Below, piece by piece: positions 39,283-52,000 of a stretch of DNA of 64,000 nt; the first letter of the stretch is position 1; each line of letters opens with the position of its first letter. The notes under the pieces were generated by a model, which had not been told where the DNA came from, ran no database searches, and saw only the letters and a program-made list of their open reading frames with translations. Origin of the DNA: Tubiluchus corallicola (Eukaryota > Animalia > Priapulida); contig JAQGDQ010000045.1 of the NCBI GenBank assembly GCA_030141605.1, forward strand, positions 496,001 to 560,000, in the 5' to 3' direction. A program made the translations under genes and the position numbers.

Positions 39283-42200
39283 AAACTACGGTCCGAGCTA
39301 TTACAAAGTATTGTACATCCTAATGTCTTTAATGATATGCATTAAAGTTGTTAACAAAATACATTAAAGTATTTTGTTAACAGAGTTGAATTTAGTTTAA
39401 AAATAATCTTAATATGTTACCACTGTGAAAACATGGCGGCTGGCCGTCATGGAGTTTTCCTTGGAATTGTTTAGCTTTTTTACTTTGTTATAATAATTAT
39501 TATATAGCCTAGTCTTTTTTATCTGTAATGATGTAAACTTTTATTATTTATGAAAATGTATACAGAAAGTAATGAACCAGCAATAATGCACATTGCTTGT
39601 TTGTAACTTAGGCTACCATATAATGTTATTACATAACTTTATGAAAATTTTGTATACTGCTGCATTCTTTGCTGTATGTAATCAATGATTAAAATTCATT
39701 TATTCAAAATCTTGCATAACGTTTCGCCATACATATTAATGAAATTGTAGGTAGCGGCAGTGTTTAAATAGAATCAATAAAGTTAAACATTTTAAGTTGG
39801 ATAGTTAAATTAAATTCTGGAATATTGTGTGATTATAGTGATTAATAGTAACACTAGACAGTAAATATTATGTGGTCAGAAGATCTAATATATTAATCTC
39901 GTTGGTATGTGTATGTGTGTGTGTGCGTGCATGTGTGCGTGCATGCACTTGCGTGCCTGCGTGCATGCATGCGTGTGTGTAACTGCCATGCCACAGCTCT
40001 AGTGATTGCATCATTTTTGGGCAGCCTGCATATTAAACAAATGTTCCTGATCTAGTGTGGTCCCACTGATGGCTTATTTTTTATTTTATTTAAGCACTGT
40101 TGCTACCTACAGTATTGTTTTGCAGTTTCTGATGATGCCATACGTATGGTGTAACATTATGCAACATTCTGTATAAAATGAATTTTAAACGTAAATGCCT
40201 GCTTTTGCTAATGACTAATCAGCAGGGTTTACGTCCTCCATTAGTAAAGAGTTTGTTGTTGTATTGACAGGTAGATCATTATTTTGTAGATAGAGATGTA
40301 CACATAGAGTGAAAGTAATTTTTTATTTTGTTAATATGAATACCTAAAGCTTCATTGTAACACGGAGTAATGAATACAGCTAGGTATGCCAAAGAATTTG
40401 TGAGCTAACGGCCAAAAATTAATATGTATGTCTGTAAGCAATGTAATTGTATCAAGCATGCTGTTTAGTTACAGCAAGTACTATGCTGTAAGTGAGAATT
40501 GGCACAGTCCGATTCGTATAGAGTGTTTGTTCTATTTTTAATGTGCAAAGCCCTTTCAGAGCAGCTATCTAGGTGTATGTATATTTTCATAATGAGATCT
40601 TTACGTATTAAAACTACAGTTTTATAATTTTAATGATGATTATAACAGTTTTGAGTATTTATTCGCGTATTCGTATTTAATATAGTTCGTATGTATTGTA
40701 CTGTATTATGGCCTATAGTACAAAGCTATAAGAATAATTTAAGATATATAGTATTGTATAAATTCGATCTGTTTTTGTATACAGCAGTGAATTCTTTATA
40801 GATTAGATTTCTAGATTGTTGCAATAGAGAAATGACAGTTGCAAGAGACTGCTTAGAGTCAAGTGGAAAGAACTAATGCATTTTTATAAAAAAAAGATTG
40901 CATAAATTTTAGGAAACAGAATCTTCTGGTTGCAAAGTTGTTTGTTGGTTGGCATTTTACTGTGAGTTATCATATTATATATCATTGTGTTTTAAGAACT
41001 CACACTAGATGACTGTAGCTGTTCAATATTCAACTTCCTTCTCTGCTAAGCTGGAGGCAATGAATCTTTTCTTACAAATTTCTTTAATGTTTTTAGTAAT
41101 TATAGCGCTATAATTACTTGGGAGTGCAAAGAAAATTTTTTTAAGTAAAGTTACATTATTAAAAAATTCTGTCTCTGCAATATGAAATTAGTTAAGAAAT
41201 CAAAACCTATTTTATATTTGTACAAATTGATTTTATTTAGTCAGTAAAAATTGTAGTTTATTTAGCAAAGTAATAAAAATAATGTATTTTGCTTATCATG
41301 TGGTATTGTAATATGTAGTTAATTTGCAATGCATTTAACTGCTGTCTACTTAGTAGGGATAGAACTTAATCTGCATGTGAATTGTGCATTGTGCCAAAGT
41401 TGTTACCAAAGATGTTTAGTCTTTACTTGTAATGGCAATATCCACAGTCTCTTAATGTTTATATATTTTCGGTATTTTGTTAAGTGCTTTGTTTCAGTAT
41501 CTTATATTGCATATATCAAAGAGACCAAAGCGACCAAAGTGATACAACGTGTAAAGCTTTTGTTATAATGCAATTTTTTAAAGTAGAAATCAAAATATAC
41601 GTGCTTGCTTTTTCATTTAAATAAAGGGTGTCCTACCTGCGTTTAATACTTTTCTGGCTAATATGGTTTTCGCTGTGTTTCCCACCTTAGGAATTTCAAT
41701 TAGTCAGTTTGGCATCTCATTTGAATCACCTTTGGCAAGCTATGTCAGTTTGGCATAGTGAGAAAAAATGCATTTCGTTAATAAGGACGGATTTTGAAGA
41801 TACTGTGGCATCAAACACTTGGCAGGACACTCTTTACAAATGACCTTATTTATTTCTTATAATAATCTTTCTGTATCATGAGTACATTTTTGTATTTGTA
41901 TGTTTTTTAGTTATTCTGTTTATTTGCAATCTATAAAGTAGCGAGAGACATGAAGTGCGTAATACAAAATTTGTATTTCTGTTTATTCACAAGAGATAAT
42001 AAATTTGTGGTAAAATTTTGTATAAAATAGTTTGTTTACAGCAGTTGATCAGATTAATATCACAGCTCAAAAAGTTTTAGAAAAGCAAAACTACAATAAG
42101 TAAAAATAAAGCTTTTGCTGGCCTTAGTAATCAATTGTTGTAACTAATGTCCTGCAGTTGATGATTCTATGAATTTTATAGCTAAATTAATAGGGGAATG

Positions 42201-42466
42201 AGTTAGCATCCTGTACTTTCAACTTCAAATCTTTAAGCGTTAAAAACTATATGCATTTGAAAATAACAACTGAATAAGTGATGGAGAAAAAAGTGTAAAA
42301 AACAAGGTTTGAAAACTGTTTAGATGTATCTTACAATATTCAATAAATTACAGACGATTCGACAAAAAAAGTTCAAATTTATCACAACAAATTAGGCCTA
42401 CCCTTATTTTGCTATTATGAATCATGCCTTTTGTGGTTACCTAAACATTAACTTGATGCTTCCTCT

Positions 42467-42619
<153 letters not shown>

Positions 42620-44636
42620 CTTTCTCTCTCTTTTTTTCTTTTCTCACATTTTAATCAAATACAGCTTGAAGATCATAAACTAAATGGAACATTATTGTCA
42701 GTATGATCATACATAGAACCACGATGGGCCAGATAGCTTTTCCACACTACTCGTCATGTAAATTAAAATTCTGTGTCTAATTAATTTATGATTTATTGGC
42801 TGAATACATATTTAAAAAAACACACGGTCATTACATACAAAATATAGATACAAATATAATACAAATACAAAATATAAAGACAACATTAAACCCTGATGTA
42901 CGCCATAAATAACTACACTTACCCATGCAACAGTTTAACAATAAAATGTATATATATTAAATTTTATAGATTCTTACTATTTAGAAAACATTTATCTTTC
43001 AAACTACAAACAATTAATAATAATTCTTTGTACTAGCTTCCTGCCACAAACAAATATTTATCATCATTACTCATAGCTGATGGCATGTCTTTAAGTAAGG
43101 GCATACGCTTGAAATGTCAGTAAAAGCTTTTTCTTATCCACTTCATGTTTTTCACAATTAATTAAGAAACGTTATAATCATCTGACTGGAGCTGTGTAAA
43201 TAGTACCCTAACAGCTTAATGACTCAACTGAATGAACGGAGATGCATAATCGTAACACTATCTTGAGATGAAGTGAATAGCTGTCTCGTCAGGGCATTTC
43301 CTTCTCTGCCAAAATAAACTGACCAGGGTTCGACACTTATACTGAGGGTTTCATTTGCTGATTCTAGCTGTTTACCTCGTAGAGGGAGAATGTATATACA
43401 CCTGAACGTGATTAATATACCTATGCCGGTTCACTGGCTGATTTTAGAGGGTTTAGATAGATTCCAGTCTCGCCATCAACATCGACGTTAAGTAGGCCCT
43501 GTTGGATTCCGGCTTTTAGTATGTCGCATTGTGCAAGTAAAATTACATTTTTAATCGTCGACTTATTCACATGTTTAGTTGTGAAACAATTTTTAATGTT
43601 TAGGCTGAAAAACATCTACTAAAGGCTTTGTCGTGTTATTACGATCCATGGTATTAGCTTAATATTACACTTTATATATTTTCTTTCAGTATAAATTTCA
43701 CTTTATGATTCTAGTAGGTATACTGCTAGCATTTTAAATCAATTTTATCTGTTGCGAATCAGCTTAATCCTGCTGGACAAACGAAACAAACTGAATTGTA
43801 AAGTAAAGTCAAAGGGTAGGAAATAAAAGGGAATTTTAAAGGTAGGTCCAAAAGCTTTCCACCTAAAGTTATATTGCTTAGCTCATCCCTGCCTGTTTGA
43901 AAGACTTATGTAACTGGAAAAAAGAAATTTCTTAATTATTTAAAATGTTCGTGCCAACTGAGACGACGTCACTGGCTCACTATTACCTGTGTAAACCAAA
44001 AACGTTACAGTTTACCAAAAACATTTTATTAATCTTATTGACAATATAAAGTAATTTATACTTTTGCATAGTTAGTGAAGTATGCAGTACGAAGTGTGCT
44101 CTGGTTATTTTTTCTAACTTTGCGCAATGTTATTTAAACTTGCTTAAATTTCTTATTTACCAACTGATCGAAAATGGTTAAAATGACTGTGCGTAACCCC
44201 CACCCCCACCCCCGCCCCACTATTACCTAACTGTTACGCCGCAGTATAAGTTTTTTGCAGTGGTACTGTTTATTCAAGGTCAGTGCGCAGAAAGCTAGTA
44301 TGTAGATGATACAAGATTCAAGACGATTTTTTTAGCTTATGTAAAATTTCTGTTTTCTTGTCCTTCAAAATGCAATCTTAGCGTTAAACGTATAAAACTA
44401 CAATACCTCACATTTACATTACATGAAGTTTGGACTTGTGAACCCGGCCAGCCACTACATGGTTTATGATGTACTTAGTAAACAATATGCGAGTGGAACG
44501 ATCGAATTTTAATCCGCTAAAATGGATAGTAGACATAAGGCGCTCCTAAAATAGTACCAAAAAAACGAGTTTAAAATGATACTTCAACTGCGATGATGCT
44601 GTAGAAATTATCTTAAACATTATTGTAGTTTTTAGA

Positions 44637-46016
44637 ATGGAACTTAAAAGGAAGTGCATATATGGAGTGTTTGGTATTGTCTTGTTGCAAATAGGATGTG
44701 TTTTAATGTTCACGTGGTTTAGAAGCGAGACACTTTCTGCGCAGTACAATGTGGGTGAATCACAACAATACAAACTGATTGTGAAAAAGTTGAAAAACAT
44801 TAAGGCGTTGTACACGAGTAAAATTTCAGCAAATCGCGCTGCCACAAATGAGTCTAAAAAATCTCGGCACAAATTTAAACATTATGATCCATTGAAACCA
44901 CCAGTCTTTATAATGCCAAATTCTGCAAAAATTAATACTTCAAGAAATGTTTGCCACAAGGATGGAACTGCAATGTTACTACAGAATAATTCATGTGTAT
45001 GCAAGCCAGACTGGTATGGGCCTCTGTGTGATATTCCTGATGTCGTATACTATTCAGATTTGAACAGTCGTGACCCTCATAAGATGCTGACTAGGCGTGA
45101 CATACCAAGGCGAATATTGAATGCGATAAACGTGAACCACGAAACAGATTTCTTGGAGATTCGTATTCATGAGCTATGGGACCTTATAGATGTTTTTATT
45201 ATATGTGAATCGAATTACACAGCATTCGGCAGTCCAAAAGATCTCTCAGTGTTATCTTTATTGAAAGACGGTTTTTTAAGTGAATATCAAGACAAAATTG
45301 TCTATGTATTTCTCGATCATTTTCCACCTGGTGGTAAAGAGGATGGTTGGATTGCTCAAAGATATCTAAGGACGTTTTTGGGTAGACAATCTTTTAAACA
45401 AATAAAGGGAATCCGGCCAGATGATATGTTTATTTTAAGTGACGCTGACGAAATTCCACAAACAAAGACAATTTGGTTCCTCAAAAATTATGATGGCTAC
45501 CCGGAACCAATCGGTTTTTGGCTACGGTGGTCATACTATGGTTTTTTCTGGTCTGGACCGCTATCCAACGGACTTCCTCATCATACGTCTATCCCCGGCG
45601 CAGTCACAACGAGCTTTTTTCATCAAGCTTATGGTAATGATTTTGCAAGAATGAGAGAGAAAACTCTGGACATTATCAATGAGACTACTTACCAGACGCA
45701 CAACGTACAGTTGTGGTATATTGGCTTACCTCAAGGACCGTTTGCCGGTTGGCATTGTTCTTGGTGCTTTACTCCTGAAGGCATTAGGATCAAACTCATA
45801 TCTGCACAGAATGGAGATTATCCTCGTTGGGGAAGTATCCCCGAAAAAACTGATTTAGCGTACATCAGGACGCTAATTCGGGATGGACGATATTTTGATG
45901 GTTTAAAAAAGTTTTCTTTTCAAACAACGGCAGAAGCTGATTTGTTTTATGCTCCCGATTACGTATTAAAAAACAAAGAAAAATTTTCATATTTATTAAA
46001 AAATCCGTATCAGTAA
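44637..46016 (+). CDS. MGAT3: Beta-1,4-mannosyl-glycoprotein 4-beta-N-acetylglucosaminyltransferase (GnT-III, GT17), 459 aa, intronless CDS
   Basis: Type II membrane anchor near the N-terminus; CVCKPDWYGPLC; PRRILNAINVNHE; FIICESNYTAFG; DxD-type SDADEIP; YDGYPEP; YGFFW; FAGWHCSWCFTPEGIRIKLISAQNGDYPRWG; YAPDYVL; YLLKNPY. All match recalled MGAT3 motifs. Confidence 0.96.
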   Translation: MELKRKCIYGVFGIVLLQIGCVLMFTWFRSETLSAQYNVGESQQYKLIVKKLKNIKALYTSKISANRAATNESKKSRHKFKHYDPLKPPVFIMPNSAKINTSRNVCHKDGTAMLLQNNSCVCKPDWYGPLCDIPDVVYYSDLNSRDPHKMLTRRDIPRRILNAINVNHETDFLEIRIHELWDLIDVFIICESNYTAFGSPKDLSVLSLLKDGFLSEYQDKIVYVFLDHFPPGGKEDGWIAQRYLRTFLGRQSFKQIKGIRPDDMFILSDADEIPQTKTIWFLKNYDGYPEPIGFWLRWSYYGFFWSGPLSNGLPHHTSIPGAVTTSFFHQAYGNDFARMREKTLDIINETTYQTHNVQLWYIGLPQGPFAGWHCSWCFTPEGIRIKLISAQNGDYPRWGSIPEKTDLAYIRTLIRDGRYFDGLKKFSFQTTAEADLFYAPDYVLKNKEKFSYLLKNPYQ

Positions 46017-46276
46017 CAATCGGTTGCACAAGCTTTGTTTTTTGGCGTTATTATAATAGCCTTTTAATGTTTTTTGTGTTATTTTAATTTTAGTGGTGAT
46101 AAAAAGAAACATTTGCAAAGAACGTGTGTTTTTATTTCTCGCATTGAACACAAAAACATAGGTCTGGATTTTGTACGATGTAAATATTGTACTTGGTCTA
46201 TGTTTGCAATTGTAAACAACGCACTGCAAAGACTCACTTCGTTCTCTCCAATTCCATATACATCACTGTAAATTAG

Positions 46277-46347
46277 CAGGGTTGCCGTGGATATGGAATT
46301 TATATATCCATTGATTTCTATATCCATATCTATGTCCGGCAACACTG
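46277..46347. mobile_element. Miniature hAT-type element, 71 bp
   Basis: TIR CAGGGTTGCCG vs CAGTGTTGCCG (10/11). 8-bp flanks TAAATTAG / TAAATTGG (7/8). Internal GGATAT/ATATCC iterations. Confidence 0.7.
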
Positions 46348-47214
46348 TAAATTGGAATAAAATATTGAACTTGTTTATAAACGATTGCATCTCATGAATT
46401 ATGGTAAAACATTGGTTTACCATGTTCAAAAATTCTGGCATTTAATTATGATCATTTATTTTCGATTGACAGAATGGATACATCAATATGATCGCTATAT
46501 AAAAAGGTTAGCTGATCAATAAATGAAAAATTAATAAGTGACTACAGGTTGTAATAAAAAAATTTATCAAGAAACATATTTATGATGCAACATTAATAAA
46601 AAGTTACAATGAAAGTGCCTTTGCTATGATGACGACGACGACGACGATGATGATGAAGATGATGATGAGATGATGATGAGATTGTCAATGGTGATGATTA
46701 AATTCAAAAAGTCAGTATGAAGCAGGCGAATTTTGGCAGAAGACCTGGTTGTTTTCGAGGGTAATAAAATACTTAATTAAGGTGCCTACCTATATGAAAA
46801 ATAATTGCATCGTTTCTCCATTTACAAGGCAATTTAACTATACTTACCTGTTAAAATGGTCCAGTGAATCCTGGCCTAATTTTCTTGGTTGGTCGATCTC
46901 AAAGGTGATAGACGTCTTTCGTACTGTGAAATTTTATTAATTTTAATGTTGAAAGAGGCAAGTTTAAATTAAATTAGGTTATTATATTAACATAATTACA
47001 TAAACTTAATTTAGGGATTCGAAATCATAATTTCGGTTTATCAAAGTTCTTGCTCATAAACGTATAAAAACTAGTTAACAAGCCTATTCTAATAGGTCCA
47101 GGCAGTGAAAATGTTATTTTATTTACAGATAGAAAGTGACTTGGTGAATTGTTTACTTTGTTACTCGGTTACTTAGTTAATTGGCAGGTCAGTTGGTTTG
47201 TTTGCCAGTTCATA

Positions 47215-47878
47215 TGGATATCCAATAAAGCCGATTAAATCATATGACGTTTATGGAATTTTTTTACGAAAAACAGAAACGTGCTACGAAAAGGGCAGAG
47301 AAAAGAAATTGCAGAATAATTCTTGCAGTTGGAAGCCTGAGGCTGCTGATATCTTTATTTTATATGATGCTGATGAAATACCCCAAGAAAAAGCGGCGTG
47401 ATTCCTCAAAAATTATAAAAGCTAACCAGAACAGATCAGATTTTGGTTACAGTGGTCATACAGTTTTGACTGGGCCACAACAGAAAGGTTAGCGCAGTTA
47501 CTATTGTTTTTTAGACGATGCTTATGATAACAACTTCATTCTCCTGAGAAGTACAACCGTGGAAAATATCCGAAAAGTGTATAAAGGGCAAAAGGTACAA
47601 TTGTGGTATATTGGTTTCCTTATGAACCATTTTCAAGCTGGTACTGCTCCTGGTGCTTTTCACCTGAAGATATTAGGACTAAACTCATATCCGCACAAAA
47701 TGGCGGTTTTTCTTGGTAGCTGCTATCCAACTAAAACAAACGTGTCTTGTATCGGCACCCTACTTCGGGATGGACGGTACTCTAATGATGCTAAAAAATT
47801 CATTTTGGTCGTCTAAATAGTTTTTTGTATCGAAATAACGAGAAGTGTTTGTACTTGTTGAAAAATCCTTATCTGTAA
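47215..47878 (+). pseudogene. Tandem MGAT3 pseudogene (internal deletion, stops, frameshifts)
   Basis: Colinear with MGAT3: LQNNSCSWKPE jumps to ADIFILYDADEIPQEKAA*FLKNYKS*PEQIRFWLQWSY, then VQLWYIG, WYCSWCFSPEDIRTKLISAQNG, TLLRDGRY, and YLLKNPYL*. Confidence 0.92.
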
Positions 47879-47900
47879 GCAATCCTAATCAGTAAGGAAA

Positions 47901-48407
47901 TCCCTCACTTATATGAAGCTAAAAAATTCGTCTTGAAATTTTGTATCGCCTATAAGCCGCACATAACATTTATTAGCAGCAACGCTGTATAAATCTTGAA
48001 ATTTAAACTCCCGCAATAGCCGTCAGGCACAGCCATTTTGACAATCGTTTGCAACAAGTTTGGATAATAATGTGTAAAGTTTGAAAAAATAATCAGTGCA
48101 TTCATAGCTCGCTCTTCTACAAAAGCGTATTAGGGCTATGATATCCTGTTACAAAAAATTTGGTTATAACCATATTTATTCATACTTGAATGGCAAAGAA
48201 TCTGGTTATATCCAGATTTTGGATATCATGGCCCTCATACGCTTTCTTGCACTTCACTAACTAAGATACAGTATAAATTACGTTATATTGTCAAAAGATT
48301 AATAATGTGTTTTTGGCGAGTCAGTTGGTGCTCACTGGAAAGGTGAGTCAAAGATGGTTTAGCAGACGGCGCGAACATTTTAAATTATTAACATTTTTCT
48401 TTTCTAG
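47901..48407 (+). mobile_element. Non-autonomous Helitron-like repeat, copy 2
   Basis: A|TC at 47900-47902 and CTAG|T at 48404-48408, with no TSD: the Helitron insertion signature. Homologous to copies 1 and 3. Confidence 0.7.
48122..48245. mobile_element. Small palindromic MITE-like insertion inside Helitron-like copy 2
   Basis: 25-bp TIR AAAGCGTAT(T/G)AGGGC(T/C)ATGATATCC with internal TGGTTATA(A/T)CCA repeats; absent from the other two copies. Confidence 0.65.
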
Positions 48408-49067
48408 TTAAATAAATACACAATTGATTGGGCATACTTCAAAATTACCTTTTCTTGCCCTTTAAACTTAGGCAATAATCACTTGCTTACATAGCTTTCG
48501 TAATTCGGAGCAGCAGTTCAAACAATTAAACTTGTCCAATAATAATTATAGTATTAATTTTTGAAACAAATATAGTTTTTCATTACTATTTTTAAGTTAT
48601 TATAATACATGTGTAACTCCGTGAATCCCATGTGGATTCATTCATTCAACAACATTTTTATAGAGATGCACATTGTTCAGTCCTATGGAAAAAATGCATT
48701 TCGTAATTGATTATAATAATTATACAGCAACAAATACAATAGACTGGTGTTTCAAGTTATTCTTAATTACGTTGTTACGTTATTATGTCACGCTGGTTTG
48801 TATAAATTAGACCTGTTTATATTTACATCTACGTGACCCATCAGAAGAATTCTGGGCCATCTGACAGAAGAATTGTCAATGAATTGACAATATCTGAGAC
48901 TAAATACCCTCAGTACTTCTGTCAAAAACAGTAAACATACAGTCCAATAACCATCTGTTTCTTCACATGCATAGTGTCTTCTATGTAAGCAAAAACCCAG
49001 ATATCTTAGCTCGCCCTCAGCACGATTTCTGATTGTGAACAATTGGGTAGTTGAGCTCCGTTAAGCC

Positions 49068-52000
49068 ATGATGCGTTTCTGTGGGTATTGCATTATCTTG
49101 TTGAGTTTTCAAACGTTGGTGTTCGCGTACTCAGGTAATGTGAAGCAGAGTAATTAATGAAAATCAGTAAAAAATCTCTTGATTTAGGAGTAGAAGAACA
49201 GATTCGCAACTTCGCTAAGTTACTGTTTAATTTACTGTTTAATTTAAACCAAATATGACACACATTAATAACAAATTCATAATTATAAATTATAAATGAC
49301 CATATTGACATACATTAAATTAACACAAATAAGAACGGCTATGGAAGTAATTTAAAAAGGTGTTAAAAATTTAATCATAATATCTGATGGTGATTCTCTC
49401 CCACCAGTGGGTTGGGATTGAAACATTACGATTCGTAGCGCTTTTTAAATGCCTTTATAGCCATTTATTTATTTTTTACGAAAATGAAAAAGATAGTAAA
49501 CTTTACCTAGCATTTGCTGCATTTCATTTCTTGTTTTTGCATACAACATAACTAACCTTGATAGAGAACACTATGGTATTTTTGCACCACATTAGCTGAA
49601 AAGGCGCCAACATGTGGCGTTAAGGTTATAGAGCACATCGAAGGAAACGGAGGCAAGATCATCGGTGGAACTGAAGCCCGCCCGGGAAGCTGGCCATGGC
49701 AACTCAGTTTTCGTCTAAAGGGTTACGAACATCTGGAGTCTGCCGGTCATTTCTGTGGGGCAACCCTGATTGCACCCCAATGGGCAATCACCGCAGGACA
49801 TTGTGTTTCCATGGTAAGAATGTTTCCAGGATATTTTCAGCACACCCACTTTCTTATTGTTCGTACTTCTAACTATATAAGGGGCAAAAGTAAGTTATTC
49901 TCTGAATATTGAAAAGGCGTCTTTTGGTAATGAACCATATTCTTGGATAAGATATCCATGAGTTTTCATTCATTTATTCATTCATCTAGTATATATTTAT
50001 GAATTCCTTGAATCATCTGAAATACACTTGTGACTTTTCTTCTGCATCTCACCAAGGAACTTCCTATAAACGTAACTATTCAAAACACTTGTAGGTGATA
50101 ATAGTTCAATCCTTCACAACAATAAATAAACAAGTGACTAAGAAGACTGAAGTCAATGCTGGTGGTGTTAACATTACAAATTCCACTACCAGGTAATGCC
50201 AAGGAATGTGTTACATAGCTAATTTTTTCTGTTCTGTTGACAAACAGCTATCGTTTAACTAGACCCTACACCCAACTCATTCATGAACAGATTGGTATGC
50301 TAAAAAACAACGAGATTGCAAAAAAGTTTGTCGAAGGATAAGTGTACTCGACTTTAAAGCAGTATGACAATGGAGAAAAAGACTGTTATAGGTTAATAAA
50401 TTACACATGCGATTTCGTGCATCGCCAACATACATCTTGCAATTTATACAAGTCATCGTTGCTTGCATTTTCATAAAGTGTACATTTTGCTAATTCACCA
50501 ACGAAAATTTCATCAGGTTTCGCTCTCTATATTGCAAGTTATAATTTGTGTAAAATGAGGCCGCACGTTTAATGAGGTGACCAAATAGCCGAAGAAAAAG
50601 AGAGAACACATATTTATAAACGAATTTGTTGTATTAACTGTATAACTGAATTATGTATATAATTATGTATATGTTATTTTAGCCAGGGTATCGCGAACCG
50701 GATAATTTGCAAATTGTGGCTGGAGCACACAATACAGATAAAATAGATCCATATGAACAATCGACTGACGTTGAATGCATCTACAAACACGAACACTGGA
50801 ATATGTTGATTGGGTAAGCGATGAAATAAAATTTCATTTACAGGTATAGGTAGAAATTTACTAGACATATTATTTTCCAAACTAGTACTGTTTCTATTTA
50901 TAGCAATGTTATTGCTTATTTAAATAACTACATGATCAAGTACTTTGAAGTTAAAACAACCCTTTTTACCAATATACTGAAAAGGTTCAAATTAATTCAG
51001 TTTCAGTTTCAGATCATTGATTTTTTTTATTTTTTACCAGTACACACTAATTTAACAGATACTTTTGCGATATTCAATATTACTGAAATTTAACGCTTTT
51101 GCAGTCTTGACAATGATATTGCTATACTGAAACTCAAGCAACCTTTGGAACTGAACGATTTTGTGGCGACTGCTTGCCTGCCTCCACAAGGTTACGTTTT
51201 GCCTACAGATGCTGAGTGCTATGCAACTGGCTGGGGAGCTTACGTTGGTAAGCCTTTTTTATTGGGATCAGTTAGAAAAACAAAGAAATCTATAATTCTT
51301 GTAATTACTTTGTTGTTTATTAGAGGTAGGAGTGATTACGTTGATGCTCTTCTTGAAGTATGTGAGGTGCTAATTACTAGGAAATCAATTTTCGAGTAAA
51401 TAATTCCACAGACAAGAAGCTCAAGTAGTAGCAGAAAAAGAATTGTACTATGTTAATGCAGTTTAGAAGCCAGCGAACGAAAGCTTCGTAAAAGAGCATC
51501 TTCCATAAAAGTAAGGGTAAAAGCGGCTTATCGTAGCAACAGGCTTTTGGTGAGAAAGCTTCATCTTTTTTCGCCAAAAACGAATACAAGCAAGATACAG
51601 GACAGGTGGGTGTTCAAAATAGATATATCTAACTAATTCCGTGTACTATATTATCTGCCTTGTGCAGCCGGCATTTGCCTAACTTGTAACAAGAAAGCAG
51701 TACAGTGTAATGTGCAATCAAAGCGCAGAAGCTGTTCTGTGCTGTTCTCTTCACGACTTTACTTTTCTAAACATCAACTGTTACAAAAATTCTGGGTTAG
51801 CGTAAAAATGACTGGATAAGACGTATCACAAATGGCCACCGATTTGATTCTTGACTCCTCTTAACCAGTCCAGAAATTAGCTGACCTGTAGCTTGTGAGA
51901 GTTATTAAATAATTAATTTAAATAAATAATTAAATAATTAAATAAATAAATAAATAATTCTGTTAAATAATTTAAATACCCTTGTAACAGAATATGAAGG

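Noticed and set aside
51324-51357. Possible mini-exon (GRSDYVDALLE) in the protease gene
   Set aside because: Exon 4 already joins 52069 in phase; including this piece would break the frame.
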